Positions 27,414-40,895 of a stretch of DNA of 64,000 bases are shown here, one piece after another. Location: the NCBI RefSeq assembly GCF_006345805.1, contig NC_043004.1, positions 98,704,001-98,768,000 on the forward strand, given 5' to 3'. The DNA comes from Octopus sinensis. Its lineage: Eukaryota. Position 1 is the first letter of the stretch. Each line of letters opens with the position of its first letter. The notes under the pieces are model-generated. The model had not been told where the DNA came from. It did not search any database and saw only the letters and a program-made list of their open reading frames with translations. Both the position numbers and the translations under genes were made by a program.

Positions 27414-28867
27414 TGTTGAGAGTGTTGTATGATTCAATTAAATGTGAAATTATAAACCTATTGAAACACAGATTGAAACAGTTTCATTATCAAACTAGGG
27501 TTTGTCTTCAGCACTATTGTCAGTAGGTGAGGTACTGTCACCCTGTTTTGACATTTCTACTGAACATCATAGCTTGTGCTTGCTCAGTTCTCTTCCGAAT
27601 TTACACTTGTTCAACAACTGGTTGCTCTCTGAGCTTACAAAACAGTCACTTGGTTATCATCACACAGTGAGCCACACCTGAAGTTTAACAACCACACAAT
27701 TCAACCACTTAAGTGAAACACCAGCACAAATGTTAAACATTAGGAGCTTTGTGTAACATCACCACAAAATAACCAGTTATTATAAATCGGTATATCAAAC
27801 TACAAGGTAATTATGGCCTTTGAGTTATACTTATTTCTAAAGACATTTCAATTAATTTGTTCTATTTTCAGCAGCTTTATTGGAATTCTGAGACTGTTAA
27901 GTTTTTCATTGTTCAGCTGTTAATAATATCTTGTGCATTTATCATAACAACTTTCATGTTGTCTGATATTATTGTCTACTTGTTTTACTTCTGTTGTATT
28001 ACATGCTAATATGAAAACCGGCTACACTTAGTGACGGATGACTGTCATGAGCTTGTTTTGTGAGACGACACAGTTCATATGACAAATATCCATAACATAC
28101 ACACATATATGTGTATTTGTGCCCTGTTGATACAAGCTTGCATTTCTTTTATTTTTTTTTCTTCATTTTGTAATTTATACATAACACTATAATATTTTTC
28201 TTTTGAATTATAATGTAATAAACTTTAACTTTATCTAATATTAATTCATTGATGATTGCAGCTTATTCAAGCAGAAAGTTTTTCTGTTTAATATTTTGAC
28301 CATTTGCAGCTTGATGTAGTCCTTTGGAATCAACATAGAAGCTACTGCATTATTCCAGTAATAAAAGCATTTAATAACACAGACACATACATGCATACCA
28401 CTAACTCTCACGCACATACACATGCACTGACACTCACACACATACATACATGCCTTGGAATTTGATATTTGATTTCCTACTTGGAATCAGCCAAAGTAGG
28501 AATCAAACACCATGCCTTTTATATCCACTCACCATTACATATACACATGAAAAATTTCGCAGTATATTATATATGGCAGAAGGTAGTGATCTTTTGTTAT
28601 AATATGTATCTACCAGTGTAGTTGATGGTATATTATATATAGTAATCTGGTAACAATAAAATCGTGTGTGTGTATGTGTATAACAATGTACTAGATTATA
28701 AATTAGTGTGACAGCCATGTTATATATTATTGTGAAGTTGATGATGTGAAAGCAGTGAAACACTGCTGTTTTGTTGTATATAACAGTTTAGTTGGTATAT
28801 TATATATAGCAATGTAACATCGTGTTATATATATATATATAACAGTGTGGTTGTTTGTATATTATAC

Positions 28868-29227
28868 TTAGTTAGTTAGTTAGTTAATTTTTTGGCTCAA
28901 AAAGCAAAAAGCAAGGCCATGTAGGGGGACATGGAGTTATGTACAGGGTGGTGTTCATGTAAAGAGTTCAGGCCACTTGTGGTCAAGGGAGACTTTGAAC
29001 CGAGCGGTCGTCGGCATCTTCACCATCTCGTCCGGCAGCTTATTCCACGGATCCGCAACCCGGACGGAGAAAGCCCCTCTCCTTTGACTGAGATGAAATC
29101 GTCGCAGATAGAGCTTATCGGAGTGACCCCGCAGCCGACGCTGTGGAGCAGGAGTGAAGAACAGCTCTTTCGAGAGGTTACACTTTCCACTTATGATGTT
29201 GTGAGCAAGAATGAGATCACCACGGCG
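28868..29227 (-). mobile_element. CR1-clade LINE, 5'-truncated 360-bp copy
   Basis: Reverse complement of 38005-38365 including the (TAAC)n tail. Confidence 0.9.
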
Positions 29228-29292
29228 TCAGTTATGATCATACTTGGTGGTATGATCATAACTGTATGTTATGCATAAGAGTATTCTTAAAA

Positions 29293-29516
29293 TATGAAGA
29301 TGAGCCGGAAAGTTCTTGGCTTTGTATAACAGAAAATACAGGAGAATCAGTTAATTACAATTTCATTCAACTTCCCAGATTCGCACACTTTATTGCAGCA
29401 GTTCATCAGTTTTTCTAATTCCTGTAAAAGAACTTGGAAGAACTCAGAAGGTTGCACCTCCAGCCAGGCCTTTCACAATACCCTTGAAACTGGTAATTTT
29501 TCAACACCCTCCCATA
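29293..29516 (-). mobile_element. mariner-derived MITE, second copy
   Basis: Homologous to 27184-27413; TA at both ends. Confidence 0.7.
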
Positions 29517-30040
29517 CATGCACAACAATGTGCCAAGACCAGAAACTACATTATATATGATAGTGTCATACTGATATTATGTTATATCTAACGACAGGAT
29601 TAAACACATAATACATGGCAATACGGTATGGTAGTGATGGCTTCGTGTACATATTAGTTGAATCTATAAGTAATAGAATGACACTTTATTTGCATTGTAA
29701 TACTGGTATTCTTCATATATATATATATATATATATATAAGAAATTAAAATAGGAAAATACGCACACTTACATAGTTTTAATATAATTTTTAACATCTCC
29801 CTTACCCACAACAATAACAATAATAATGACAACCACTTACCTCCCTTTATTTATCTACTTGTGAAGTCATTCACTCGTGAATTTCATCACACACAACATG
29901 GCCAAATTTCTTCTTAAGAAAAAATATATATTCAAATAAGTAAAACATAATATCATGAATAGCGATAGCGAAACCGGTCGATATATTAAAAATTATATTA
30001 AAATATGTAAGTGTGCGTATTTTCCTTTTTCAATTTCTTA

Positions 30041-30071
<31 letters not shown>

Positions 30072-30076
30072 GCATG

Positions 30077-30452
30077 GGTGCAGGAGTGGCTGTGTTGTAA
30101 GTAGCTTGTTTACCAACTACCTGCCTCTGGGTTCAGTCCCACTGAAGTGTCTTCTACTCTAGTCTCAGGCCAAGCAAAACCTTGTGAATGGATTTGGTAG
30201 ACGGAAACTGAAAGAAATCCATCATAAATATGTGTATGTGTGCTTGTGTGTCTGTGTTTGTCCCCCACCCCCACCATCACTTGACAATGATGTTGGTGTC
30301 TATATGTCCCTGTAACTTAGCAGTTTGGCAAAAGAGACAGATATGAGGAGTACTAGGCATACAAAGAATAAGTCCTGGGGTTGATTTCTTCCACTAAAGC
30401 AGTGCTCCAGCATGGCTGTAGTCAAATGACTGAAACAAATAAAGGAATAAAA
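30077..30452 (+). mobile_element. SINE family A, degenerate
   Basis: Head, body and tail recognisable. Confidence 0.8.
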
Positions 30453-30499
30453 TAATATATATAATATATATATATCTTCCAAATTTGTGGAAATCATCA

Positions 30500-31870
30500 T
30501 CATCCTCATCATCATCATCATCATCATCATCGCTTAATGTCTGCTTTCCATGCTAGCTGTGTTGGACTATTTGACTGCGGTCTGGCGAACCAGATGGCTG
30601 CACCAGACTCCAATCTGATCTGGTAGAGTTTCTACAGCTGGATGCCCTTCCTAACACCAACCACTCCAAGAGTGTAGTGGGTGCTTTTATGTGTCACCAG
30701 CATGATTTCCAGTTAAGTGGTACTGGCAACGGCCACGCTCAAATGGTGCTTTTTATATGCCACCTGCACAAGAACCAGTCCAGTGGCACTGGCAACGACT
30801 TCGCTCAAATGTTTTTTTCACGTGCCACCAGCACAAGTGCTAGTAAGGCAATGCAGGTAACGATCATGCTTGAATGGTGTTCTTAATGTGTCATCGGCAC
30901 GGAAGTCAGCTTGTTGCTCTGGCAGTGATCTCACTCGTATGGTACTCTTAGTGCTCCACTAACAACGGATGTCAGTCACCGAGTTTGATTTCGATTTTGA
31001 TTGCCTCAACAGGTCTTTGCAATCGAGTTAGATTTCAATTTCGATTTCACTTGCCTCAACAGATCTTTGCAAGCAGAGTTTAGTGTCCAATGAAGGAAAG
31101 GCACGCGTAAGTGAACTGGTTACACCCCTGGCATAGGCCACATGGTTATGGTCTCACTTGTGCTTGCCAAGTCTTCTCAAGCACAGCATATTTCCAGAGA
31201 TCCCAGTCACTAGTCATTGCCTCGGTGAGGCCCAATGTTTGAAGGTCATGCTTCACCACCTAATCCCAGGTCTTCCTGGGTCTACCTCTTCCACAGGTTC
31301 CCTCAAATGCTAGGGTGTAGCACATTTTCACACAGCTATCCACATCCATTCTCGCCACATGACCATATCAGCACAGTTGTCTCTCTTGTACACTACATCT
31401 GATGCTTCTTAGGTCCAACTTTTCTCTCAAGGTATTTACACTCTATCGGTAATGCACACTGACATTACACATCCATCGGAGCATGCTGGCTTCATTCCTT
31501 GCAAGCTTACGCATATCCGCAGCAGTCACGGCCCATGTTTCACTGCCATGTAGCATGGCTGTTCGTACGCATGCATTGTACAGTCTACCTTTTACTCTGA
31601 GCGAGAGGCCCTTTGTCACCAGCAGAGGTAAGAGCTCTCTGAACTTGGCCCAGGCTATTCTTATTTGAGCACCCACACTTTCAGCACACCCTACCCCGCT
31701 ACTGACTTGGTCACCTAGGTAATGGAAGCTATCGACTAGTTCTAGTTTTCCTCCTTGGAATGTGGCAGAAGTCATTCTCTGCACATTTTCAGTGTTATTT
31801 ATAGCTCCCGAGCCTCTGCCACATACAAAAATTATCCTCCTAGTTCGCCTTCCTTTGATATTGCTGCACC
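30500..31870 (-). mobile_element. RTE-clade LINE, 5' truncated (RT C-terminus + 3'UTR)
   Basis: LELVDSFHYLGDQVSS..IRIAWAKFRELLPLL..KGRLYNACVRTAMLHGSETW..YGHVARM..GRGRPRKTW; repeat-rich UTR; (GAT)n tail. Confidence 0.9.
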
Positions 31871-32760
31871 TGTTATGTGTTCATAGCTTACACTGTGTAG
31901 GTCTTATAGAGTTTCTATCTAGTTATATAGAATAATATATCATTTGAATAAAGTTACAACATGGTTTCGTTCCCACGTTTTTATTATTGTATTTAAAATA
32001 AAATTTTATTGCATTGAAGTGAATATTTTGTAACGTTCATAAAGTGCAATACGTGCTTTCATATTTCCATAATAACCATCAGATTTTGAAATGTATTTAA
32101 CTGACAGTTGAGTGCTTGACAACTGTAGTAAGATGACTGACTTTTCCTTTTTATACTTTTTAGAAGGCTTCAAGAAGCTGAATCTTTCAAATAGAGTTTT
32201 GACCACTCAGCATGCAGCTTCAATGTCATGGTTTGCCTAGCACACCAATATTACTGGCATAAGTCCTGCCCTTATTCTAACCAATTAGCTAGTAATGGCT
32301 TTATAAGTGAGCAAACTGAGTTGATTTTGATCGTTTATATTTCCACCAGTGGGAGTCTTCTGTAATTTGTTTATATTCATAAGTTAAAGATCTTTTTTTA
32401 ATCCACATCATTAACTGGTTCTTTTTTTTATTGGTTATTTCCACTCAGAACAGGTTTGAACATTTTAATAAAACATTTCTCTATTATCTTTCTTCCAACT
32501 TAATTTGTGTTATGTAGTTTGTGGAAAGGAAAAATTAGAAACATTTCCTGATCACATGTTTATATGTGTTGGCTCAATAGAATTTGGTGAATATTAGTGT
32601 TCCGTATTTGCTGTCTGTGAACTCGTGAGCATTCTGATAATGCATTCCTTGTTTTACCAATATATAGTTCCTTGCAATTAGGGCATTTAATGCAGTAGAT
32701 CGAATTTCTGCTTTTGCAGTTCATATCTACATTTGTGAAAATCTTTCCATTTTTCTTCTA

Positions 32761-34590
32761 ATGAAATCCTTGGAACTTCCCATAAAATCCTTGGAACCTT
32801 CTATGAAATCCTCGGAACTTTCTATGGAATCCTCGGAACTTTCCAATAAGTTTCTGACCAATTTCACAGAAAGTTAGGAAATCCTGGGAAATTTTCGTGA
32901 AATCTTCGGAACATCCCATAAATCATCGGAACTTTCAATGGAATCATCGGAACTTTCCGCTAAATATTCCAGGACGTCAGGAAACCCTCGGAACTTCCCA
33001 TGAAACCCCCCGGATCTTTCCAGGAAGTCTTCAGTTTATTTTCTAGGAAGTGAAGAAATAACCGGAAGTTTCCAGTCAATTTTCCAGGAAGTGAAGAAAT
33101 ACATGAAACATTCCATGGAAATCTCCGAACTTTCTAGGAAGTCCCCGGCCAATTTTCCAGGAAGTTGGGAAATCCTCGGAACTCTCCATGAAATACTTGA
33201 AACTTGCCAGGAAGTTAGGAAATCATCGGAACTTTCCATGGAATCATCGGAACCTTCCAGGAAGTTTTAGATCAACTTTCCAAGAAGTCAGGAAATCCGC
33301 GGAACTTTCCAGGAAGTCTCCGTTCAATTTTCCTGTAAGTTAGGTAATCCTTGGTACTTACCATGGAATCCTCGTAACTTTCCAGGAAGTTAGGAAATCA
33401 TCGGAACTTCCCAAGAAAACCCCTGAACTTTCCAGGAAGTTGTCGGTCAATTTTCCAGGAAGTGAAGAAAGCCTCGGAACCTTCCAGGAAGTTCCCAACC
33501 AATTTTGCAAGAAGTTAGGAAATCCTCGGAACGTTCCAGGAAGTTTCAATTCAATTTTCCTGTAAGTTAGGTAATCCTTGGTACTTACCATGGAATCCTC
33601 GGAACTTTCCAGGAAGTTAGGAAATCCTCGGAACTTTCCAGGAAGTTACAGGTCAATTTTCCAGGAAGTGAAGAAATCCTCGGAACCTTCCAGGAAGTTC
33701 CCAACCAATTTTCCAGGAAGTTAGGAAGTCCTCGGAACTTTCCATAAAATCCTCGGAATTTCCCATGAAATCCTAGGACCTTTGCAGGAACATTCCGACC
33801 AATTTTCCAGGTAGTGAAGAAACCTTCGGAACTTTCCAGGAAGTTTTCGATCAATTTTGCAGGAAGTTAGGAAATCCTTGGAACTCTCCATGAAATCCTC
33901 GGAACTCCCCCAGAAATCCTCGGAAGTTTCGGTCCAATTTTCCAGGGAGGTAGGAAATCCTCGGAACTTCCCACGAATTCATCGGAACTTTCCAGGAAGT
34001 GAAGAAACCCTCGGAACCTTCCAGGAAGTTCCCAAACAATTTTCCAGGAAGTTAGGAAACCCTCGGACCTTTCCATAAAATCCTCGGAATTTCCCATGAA
34101 ATCCTAGGACCTTTCCAGGAACATTCCGACCAATTTTCCAGTGATTGAAGAAACCTTCGGAACTTTCCAGGAAGTTTCCGATTAATTTTCCAGGAAGTCA
34201 GGAAATCATCGGAACTTTCCATGGAACCATCGGAACTTTCCAGGAAGTTTTCGATCAATTTTCCAGGAAGTGAAGAAATCCCCAGTTCTTTCCAGGAAGT
34301 TCGGAAATCATTGGAACTTTCCATGAAATCCTCATAACTTTTCATGAATTTTCCAGGAAACCATCGGAACTTTCCAGTGAATCATCGGAACTTTCCATGG
34401 AATCATTGGAACTTTCCTGTGAATTTGCGACCAATTTTCCAGGAAGTTATGAAATCCTCGGAACTTTCCATGAAATCCTCGGAATTTTTACACGAAATCC
34501 TCGGAAGGTTCCGATTAATTTTCCAGGAAGTTAGGAAATCCTCGGAACTTTCCACGAAATCCTCGGAATTTTCTATGAAGTCCTTGGAAT
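32761..34590. repeat. Degenerate minisatellite built from GAAATCCTCGGAACTTTCC and TTCCAGGAAG units, with higher-order blocks
   Basis: Direct reading; long blocks recur at ~33670/~34000 and ~33325/~33552. Confidence 0.9.
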
Positions 34591-35924
34591 AAAGGATTGT
34601 GAATAAAGACAGTAGGGCATGTCATTTTCCTATTATTGGATGGGTAATGATTTCTTTGGGAAAGTCTTTTGTTGTATCGAGAAAAGGGTTCATATCCCTC
34701 CACTTTAGTTGCTTAATTCCAGGCTAAGCTTAGCTAAGATTAGTAAAATTAAAGGCCCCTGTTAAAAGCACATTAGCCTGTGTGCTGGTCTCAGCTAGGG
34801 TTAGACTTATGAGCAAAAAAATGCACCTCTGAATTGATCTTCGTGGTTAACCGCGTCAGGATGACGGTAGGTAATGCTTTTAATATTATTTCTTTTTTAT
34901 ATAAATAAGTCTGAAATTGTCGAATACATTTCTTTGCAAAGTAGATAATTTCGTGGGTTGGTCTGCAATCATTTATAGTTAAATGCTTCCTTTCATAATC
35001 TTTTATTTATTAAACTGGACTAGTATTTCGAATGGGCAATAAGTATCAAAGCATTTAACAATGAGCATTAAATATCAAAGATAAAAATAAATCATTTTGT
35101 TTCCTTGTCAAACTTTGGACCTAACAACCTAAATGTGAAAACCGATATGACTGAAAGAATTTTTAAAGGGCTTTTACTTTTAGGCTGAGGTCAAACAGTC
35201 GAATCCATTCAACCATGTCGTCAGTCTTTAGCAACATCAACTACAAAGAACTTGAGAGAGGTGACAGACTGAGAGAGGACAAGAACTTTCACACATTTTC
35301 AGCATTGCAAGATTTTGGAGTTATTTTTGTCAGAATAGAGCTGTCTTCAAGAATCCAAGTAATGCTATGTATTGAAGAGTAGCCGTAGATGCTGGTCTTG
35401 TTGTTGTTCTTGTTGTTTGCTGCTACTGTTGTTGTTGTCACATACTTTTTATTTTGAAGCTACTTTGCTTTAGAAGTTGGTTAGTCATAAATTCCCTTGG
35501 GAATTTTAAGCCCAGCTTCATCACTTTTATTTATTTATTTCTGTTCTTTGTTTTTGCTTTGAAACGAAATCTAGCTTTAAGCATCTTATACAGATAATTT
35601 TTTAGACACTATTTTCTGAAACCTGTAAAGTTATGTAGGGGGAGCAAATTTTGATCTTGCACCACCTGAAAATTCTAAGGGGTGCAGGTGCACCCGCTGC
35701 ACCCCCTGTTCCCAGGCCCTTGTATATATGACCGGAAAGTCATTTGCTTAACGAGCGAAAATTTGATCAACATCCTCAGATGGAGTACACATGCATATAG
35801 TACTGACAACATATATGAACAGTATACTAAATGAACAAATTTTTTTCAGACAGTGAGCAGAAATTTTAACAACAAACACATGTAAAGAGATGAGAGAGTA
35901 TATGCAAGCAGTTCATTAAAACAT

Positions 35925-36215
35925 TTCGTGTAGCTTGCAAACTTTCATGATTTTAGAGAAAATAATATTTCTCATTACGGCGATGTACTTGCATAGCTAG
36001 TGATCTGATTTGAGATCGTGTGCTGGAACGAAAACAATTGCAGCGTGGAAGGTGTTTATAAGCCATTTAAGAAACATACAAAATCCGTTAGATTCACTTC
36101 AACATTTAAATTTAATTTGTCAAAATATTTTCATCGCTTTGAGACTGCGACCTGTTCACTGACAAATGTCTGTTCACTTAAATGACTTATAAACACCTTC
36201 CACGCTGCAAATGTT
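35925..36215 (-). mobile_element. Putative Penelope-like solo pseudo-LTR (pLTR) with a 5' inverted segment
   Basis: 34-bp inverted repeat (36038-36071 vs 36177-36210, 33/34 identical) around a hammerhead fold. Confidence 0.6.
36116..36166 (-). ncRNA. Minimal type I hammerhead ribozyme with a G3-C8 core variant
   Basis: UUUGUCA / GUGAACA / G-GUCGC-AGUCUCAAA-GCGAU / GAAA-AUAUU-U / UGACAAA. Confidence 0.7.
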
Positions 36216-36274
36216 CTCTTATTTTTTGCTAAAATAGATTGACAGTGTGAGACAAATAGTAAAAACAATGAACA

Positions 36275-36667
36275 CAGGAGTGGCTCTGTGGTAAGTAGCT
36301 TGTTAACCAACCACATGGTTCTGGGTTCAGTCCCACTGCGTGGCATCTTGGGCAAGTGTCTTCTGCTATAGCCCCGGGCCGACCAATGCCTTGTGAGTGG
36401 ATTTGGTAGACGGAAACTGAAAGAATCTTGTCGTATATATGTATATATGTGTGTGTGTGTGTGCCTGTGTTTTTCACCCTAGCATTGCTTGACAACCGAT
36501 GCTGGTGTGTTTACGTACCCGTCACTTAGCGGTTCGGCAAAAGAGATTGATAGAATAAGTACTGGGCTTACAAAGAATAAGTCCCGGGGTCGATTTGCTC
36601 GACTAAAGGCGGTGCTCCAGCATGGCCGCAGTCAAATGACTAAAACAAGTAAAAGAGTAAAAGAGTA
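36275..36667 (+). mobile_element. SINE family A, full length
   Basis: Head, body and tail. Confidence 0.9.
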
Positions 36668-36689
36668 CACGCACAAATTCATTTACATT

Positions 36690-38365
36690 TATTGCCGAGG
36701 CTTTTTCAACTATTTTCAAACAAGATGATGGTCGTGAACCCCCTCCATTTGATAGATCGGTACCTCCAATGCTTCGATTGGTCATCACGCGGGACGAAGT
36801 CAAACGTGTTATTCAAGGCCTCGATGTCAACAAGGGTCACGGCCCTGACGGCATACACCCACGGGTTAGCAAAGCGTTGGCTCCGGTCATCTGCGAGCCC
36901 TTAACACGACTATTCAATATGTCATTGGCGACGGGTGTTATACGTGCAGACTGGAGAACAGCGATAATCTGCCCAATTTTCAAGAAAGGGAGCCGCGAAG
37001 ACCCGCTTAACTACCGACCGGTTTCCCTTACATCAATAATCAGCAAGATGTTCGAAACCATCCTTAAGAAAAGTATGATGCTCCACCTCCTAAACACAGC
37101 CTCTATCTCTGATTCCCAACACGGCTTCGTGCCGAAGAGATCATGCTTGACCAACTTACTAGTAATGGAAGAATTGGTGACGCTCATCCTCGATGATAGT
37201 GATGCTGTTGACATCGTTTTATTGGACTTTGCCAAAGCTTTTGACCCGGTAAACCACCGCCTATTACTTGTCAAGCTTCAAGCATATAGTTTCCATCCGG
37301 ATATTATACGATGGTTGGTGCCTTCCTCTCAGATCGCTCCTTCCAAGTCCAAGTTAATGGTTCGCGGTCCGACGTCTCCAGTGCGAGCAGTGGCATGCCT
37401 CAAGGTTCAGTGCTTGGGCCCTTGTTGTTCTTAGTCTTCATAAATGACTTGCCCGACGACCTCACGCAACACACCCTTCTATTTGCCGACGATATCAAAC
37501 TGGTCGCTCCTCGCGGTAATATAGAGGATCTTCGTCGATGCCTCCACCAAATTTGGAAGTGGTCTAACGATTGGGACCTGTGTCTGAACGTGTCAAAGTG
37601 CTGTCATCTGCCTGTCGGCTCTACTCCTGCAACTCAACTTGATTTCGAGCCGGGTCGTCTGCTGCTGGAGAGGACCGATCAGGTAAAGGACCTGGGTATC
37701 TTGGTGGATTCCTCCTTTTCGCCTTCGGCCCAGTGCATCCATGCTGCCAACAAAGCACGCGGAATTCTGTTCTTGATTCGACGGTCATTCGGAATGCTCA
37801 CAGCAGCCATATTCCTACCACTCTATGTCACGCTGGTGAGACCCTATTGGAGTATGGGATTCAAGCCTCTTCTCCTTATCTCCTCAAAGACATACAGCAT
37901 CTCGAAAGAGTCCAGAAGCTGGCTACCCGCATGGTTCATGGTCTCAAAAATTTGTCCTACGAAGAAAGGCTGAGGACACTCGACCTTTATTCTCTTGAAA
38001 AACGCCGCCGCCGTGGTGATCTCATTCTCGCCCACAACATCATAAGTGGAAAATGTAACCTCTTGAAAGAGCTGTTCTTCACTCCTGCTCCAGAGCGTCG
38101 GCTGTGGGGTCATTCCGAAAAGCTCTACCTGCGACGATTTCATCTCAATCGAAGGAGAGGAGCTTTCTCCGTGCGGGTTGCGGATCCGTGGAACAAGCTG
38201 CCAGACGAGATGGTGAAGATGCCGACGACCGCTTTGTTCAAAGCCTCCCTGGACCTCAAGTGGCCTGAACTCTTTACATGAACACCACCCTGTACTTAAC
38301 TCCATGTCCCCCTACATGGCCTTGCTATTTGCTTTTGAGCCAAATTAACTAACTAACTAACTAAC
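36690..38365 (+). mobile_element. CR1-clade LINE, 5' truncated, RT domain with about two frameshifts
   Basis: YRPVSLTS, QHGF, DFAKAFD, GMPQGSVLGPLLF, LFADD, LERVQKLATRMV, LEKRRRRGDLI; (TAAC)n tail. Confidence 0.95.
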
Positions 38366-39071
38366 ATTTGTTATTTATTTGTTATTTCATGCCTCTAAGT
38401 GGAGTTTAAGATGACCTGAAGTAGAGTAACCCTATTTATTTGAATTTCAATTACTCGTGTAACAAACAATTTGATTAATAAACAGGGTTCTGTAATGAAG
38501 TATGCATACAGAGAGACCCAACAGTACTTTATTGCCAGACATTTTGAAGCTTGTTACAAGCACATCAGGTTTGACCTTTGTAAGAAATATTTTCTTCCTA
38601 TCAACAAAAGTGTATAACATTGTATTTTATTATACTTGTTCAGCATGCGACTTTACACCATGTAAGCCATTTTACACATTTAAGAACACCTGAAATCTGT
38701 TATGTTCACTTTTCATTCATACCTTGAAATATTAGTTTCAAATTTTGGCCTGCAGGTTTGATGAGGAGAGGCTAATTTGATGAAATCAATCCTAGTGTTC
38801 AAGTGGTATATATTTTATCAACCCTGAAAGGATGACAGGCAAAGTCAGCCTTGAGTAGTAAAGTCAACCTCAGCAAAATTTGACCTCAGAACAGAAGGGT
38901 GGTCAAAATGCCATTAAGAATTTTGCTGTGTGTGCTATCGATTCTGCCAGCTCAATACCTTAAAACTTTGAAATATTAATATTTTCACAGCACCTTTGCA
39001 ATTAGGCACTGATACAATTCTGCTGTGGTTGATAATGGTATTGCATTATATAATAATGCAATGAAAGCATA

Positions 39072-39439
39072 TCTTTATATATAAAAAAGAAGTTGTGTGT
39101 CTGTCTCCTACGATTTAGATTCCTAACTACTCCCACATTTTGCGGTGCAGTTTAACCATATCGAGCCCTTCTGGGTATTAGCGCATGTCTACGATGAGTC
39201 TACGATTTAAAAAAAAATTTACCATAATTTTTTTCCATTTTAGTGCATTTTTTTTGCTATTATATAAGGGAAGTAACTCTCTAAAAATGTCTACGATGAG
39301 TCGATTTAAAAAAAAATTTACCATAATTTTTTTTCCATTTTTAATGCATCTTTTTGCTACTTTTTGGCTATAACTCTCTAAAAATGCTTATATAGTTATT
39401 TCCCTTAGAAATCCGAGCAACGCCGGGCGATACTGCTAG
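39072..39439 (+). mobile_element. Non-autonomous Helitron, copy 2
   Basis: A|TC..hairpin..CTAG|T. Confidence 0.9.
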
Positions 39440-39904
39440 TCATATATATTTTTTATATTCTGCCACAGGTTGGTATATATAAAATTAGGTAGTGGAGGTT
39501 TAATCAATGTGTTCACACAACGTACTTCATGAGACTACCAAAACACTCTCTCTTGACTATTGCTGACCTCTACTCTTATAAGAGTTCAGCTAGTCCATTC
39601 TTCCGGTCCTCCAGGGGTGTCAATGATTCTCACCACAACATCTCTCCTGTTGAGATTAACTTCCGTTAGAAGTTAATATTATTTTTATTTCTTTATTTTT
39701 CATTCATCATATCTCCCTTGTTGAGATTTTCCTCCTAGAGAAGTTTAATATTTCTTCCGTTTAGGTATTACTTCCACCCGTTTTGTTTGTTTCCTCTTTC
39801 TTGTGCTGCTACGACTAGGTTCAATTTCTTATGGTGCTGGAACATCAAAGGTGTCATAGAACACTTCAATGGATATATTTTTCTTTTTTCTGTATATCTA
39901 TTTT

Positions 39905-40283
39905 TTTAGCTGGTTTAAATGCCTTTTGTGTGGAACCTACACTCACCTCCTTATGAGAGCTCAAAATCTCTCGTGGAAGCGCCATCCAACCAAAATGCAA
40001 ATATATGGGAAACTACCACCTGTGTCATCTCTTGTGAAAGGTAGGAGAGTCCAGTTTGCTGGACATTGTTGTAGAGCTGAAAAAGAGGTAATTTCTACTC
40101 TTCTCCTCTGGAAACCATCTACTCGCAATACCAGAGGGCGCACACTCTCCTACCCTGATGTAATCTCCAGGGATACAGGTATCCAGCAACAGGACCTCCG
40201 TAATGCTATGATGGACCATGAAGTCTGGTGTAGCATGGTAAATCCCATTGTCTCGACCACAGTCGAACAATGATGATGATGAT
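39905..40283 (+). mobile_element. RTE/RTEX-clade LINE 3' fragment
   Basis: YTHLLMRAQNLSW..YGKLPPVS..RRVQFAGHC..LLLWKP..DTG; (GAT)n tail. Confidence 0.8.
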
Positions 40284-40895
40284 GTGTTCCCATTTTTTGC
40301 CTCTTATAATACTTATCCTTTTGCCTATTTTTCTGTTACTATTCCGTCTTCCCAACTTTGTCTTCTATTTTTATATATTTTGACAGCAGATAGAGCACCT
40401 TACAAATGGTATCCACATCCACAAAAAGTGGAAGAGGAGTCGCTCCAGCTTGCACAGCTATGAATCGGGACAAGGCACAACAGTCAGGCTGTAGGTGATA
40501 ATGGACGCAGTAAACTTCTGCGTCACCTCCGCCCTTCCTAGCAGGTCTGGTTTAGGGGATTTCCCTTGCTTGTTACCTCATCCCAATTCTCCTCTACCTG
40601 GATCTGGACCAAACAAGACCCCTAGCTTCTTAACAGGATATTCCGTCTAACATCCCACAGTGTTATTGTACAGCAATGACTTGCCGACCAAAACACTCTT
40701 TCTCCACTACTACCAACCTCTACTTTTTACAAGAGTTCAGCTAGTTCATTCTCCAATCTACCAGGTGTCTCAATGGCTCTCACCAGAACAATCTTTCATG
40801 GTTACAGGGATGTTATTTAGCATAGTTGACGATAACATTATATAAGCAGTGTGGAAATGATGCTATGTTATATGCAGCTATATGCTGAAGTAATA

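Noticed and set aside
32000-32700. Possible hAT transposase C-terminus (ERFS..LSSTQLSVK)
   Set aside because: Similarity is too weak and fragmented to call without a profile search
33036-34703. Repetitive ORFs (GFPNFLEN.., EVRKSSEL..) as a repeat protein
   Set aside because: Open frames occur on both strands and switch frame often; unit lengths are not multiples of three
40490-40545. GACGCAG/CTGCGTC hairpin as an HDV-like ribozyme
   Set aside because: I could not assemble the nested double pseudoknot
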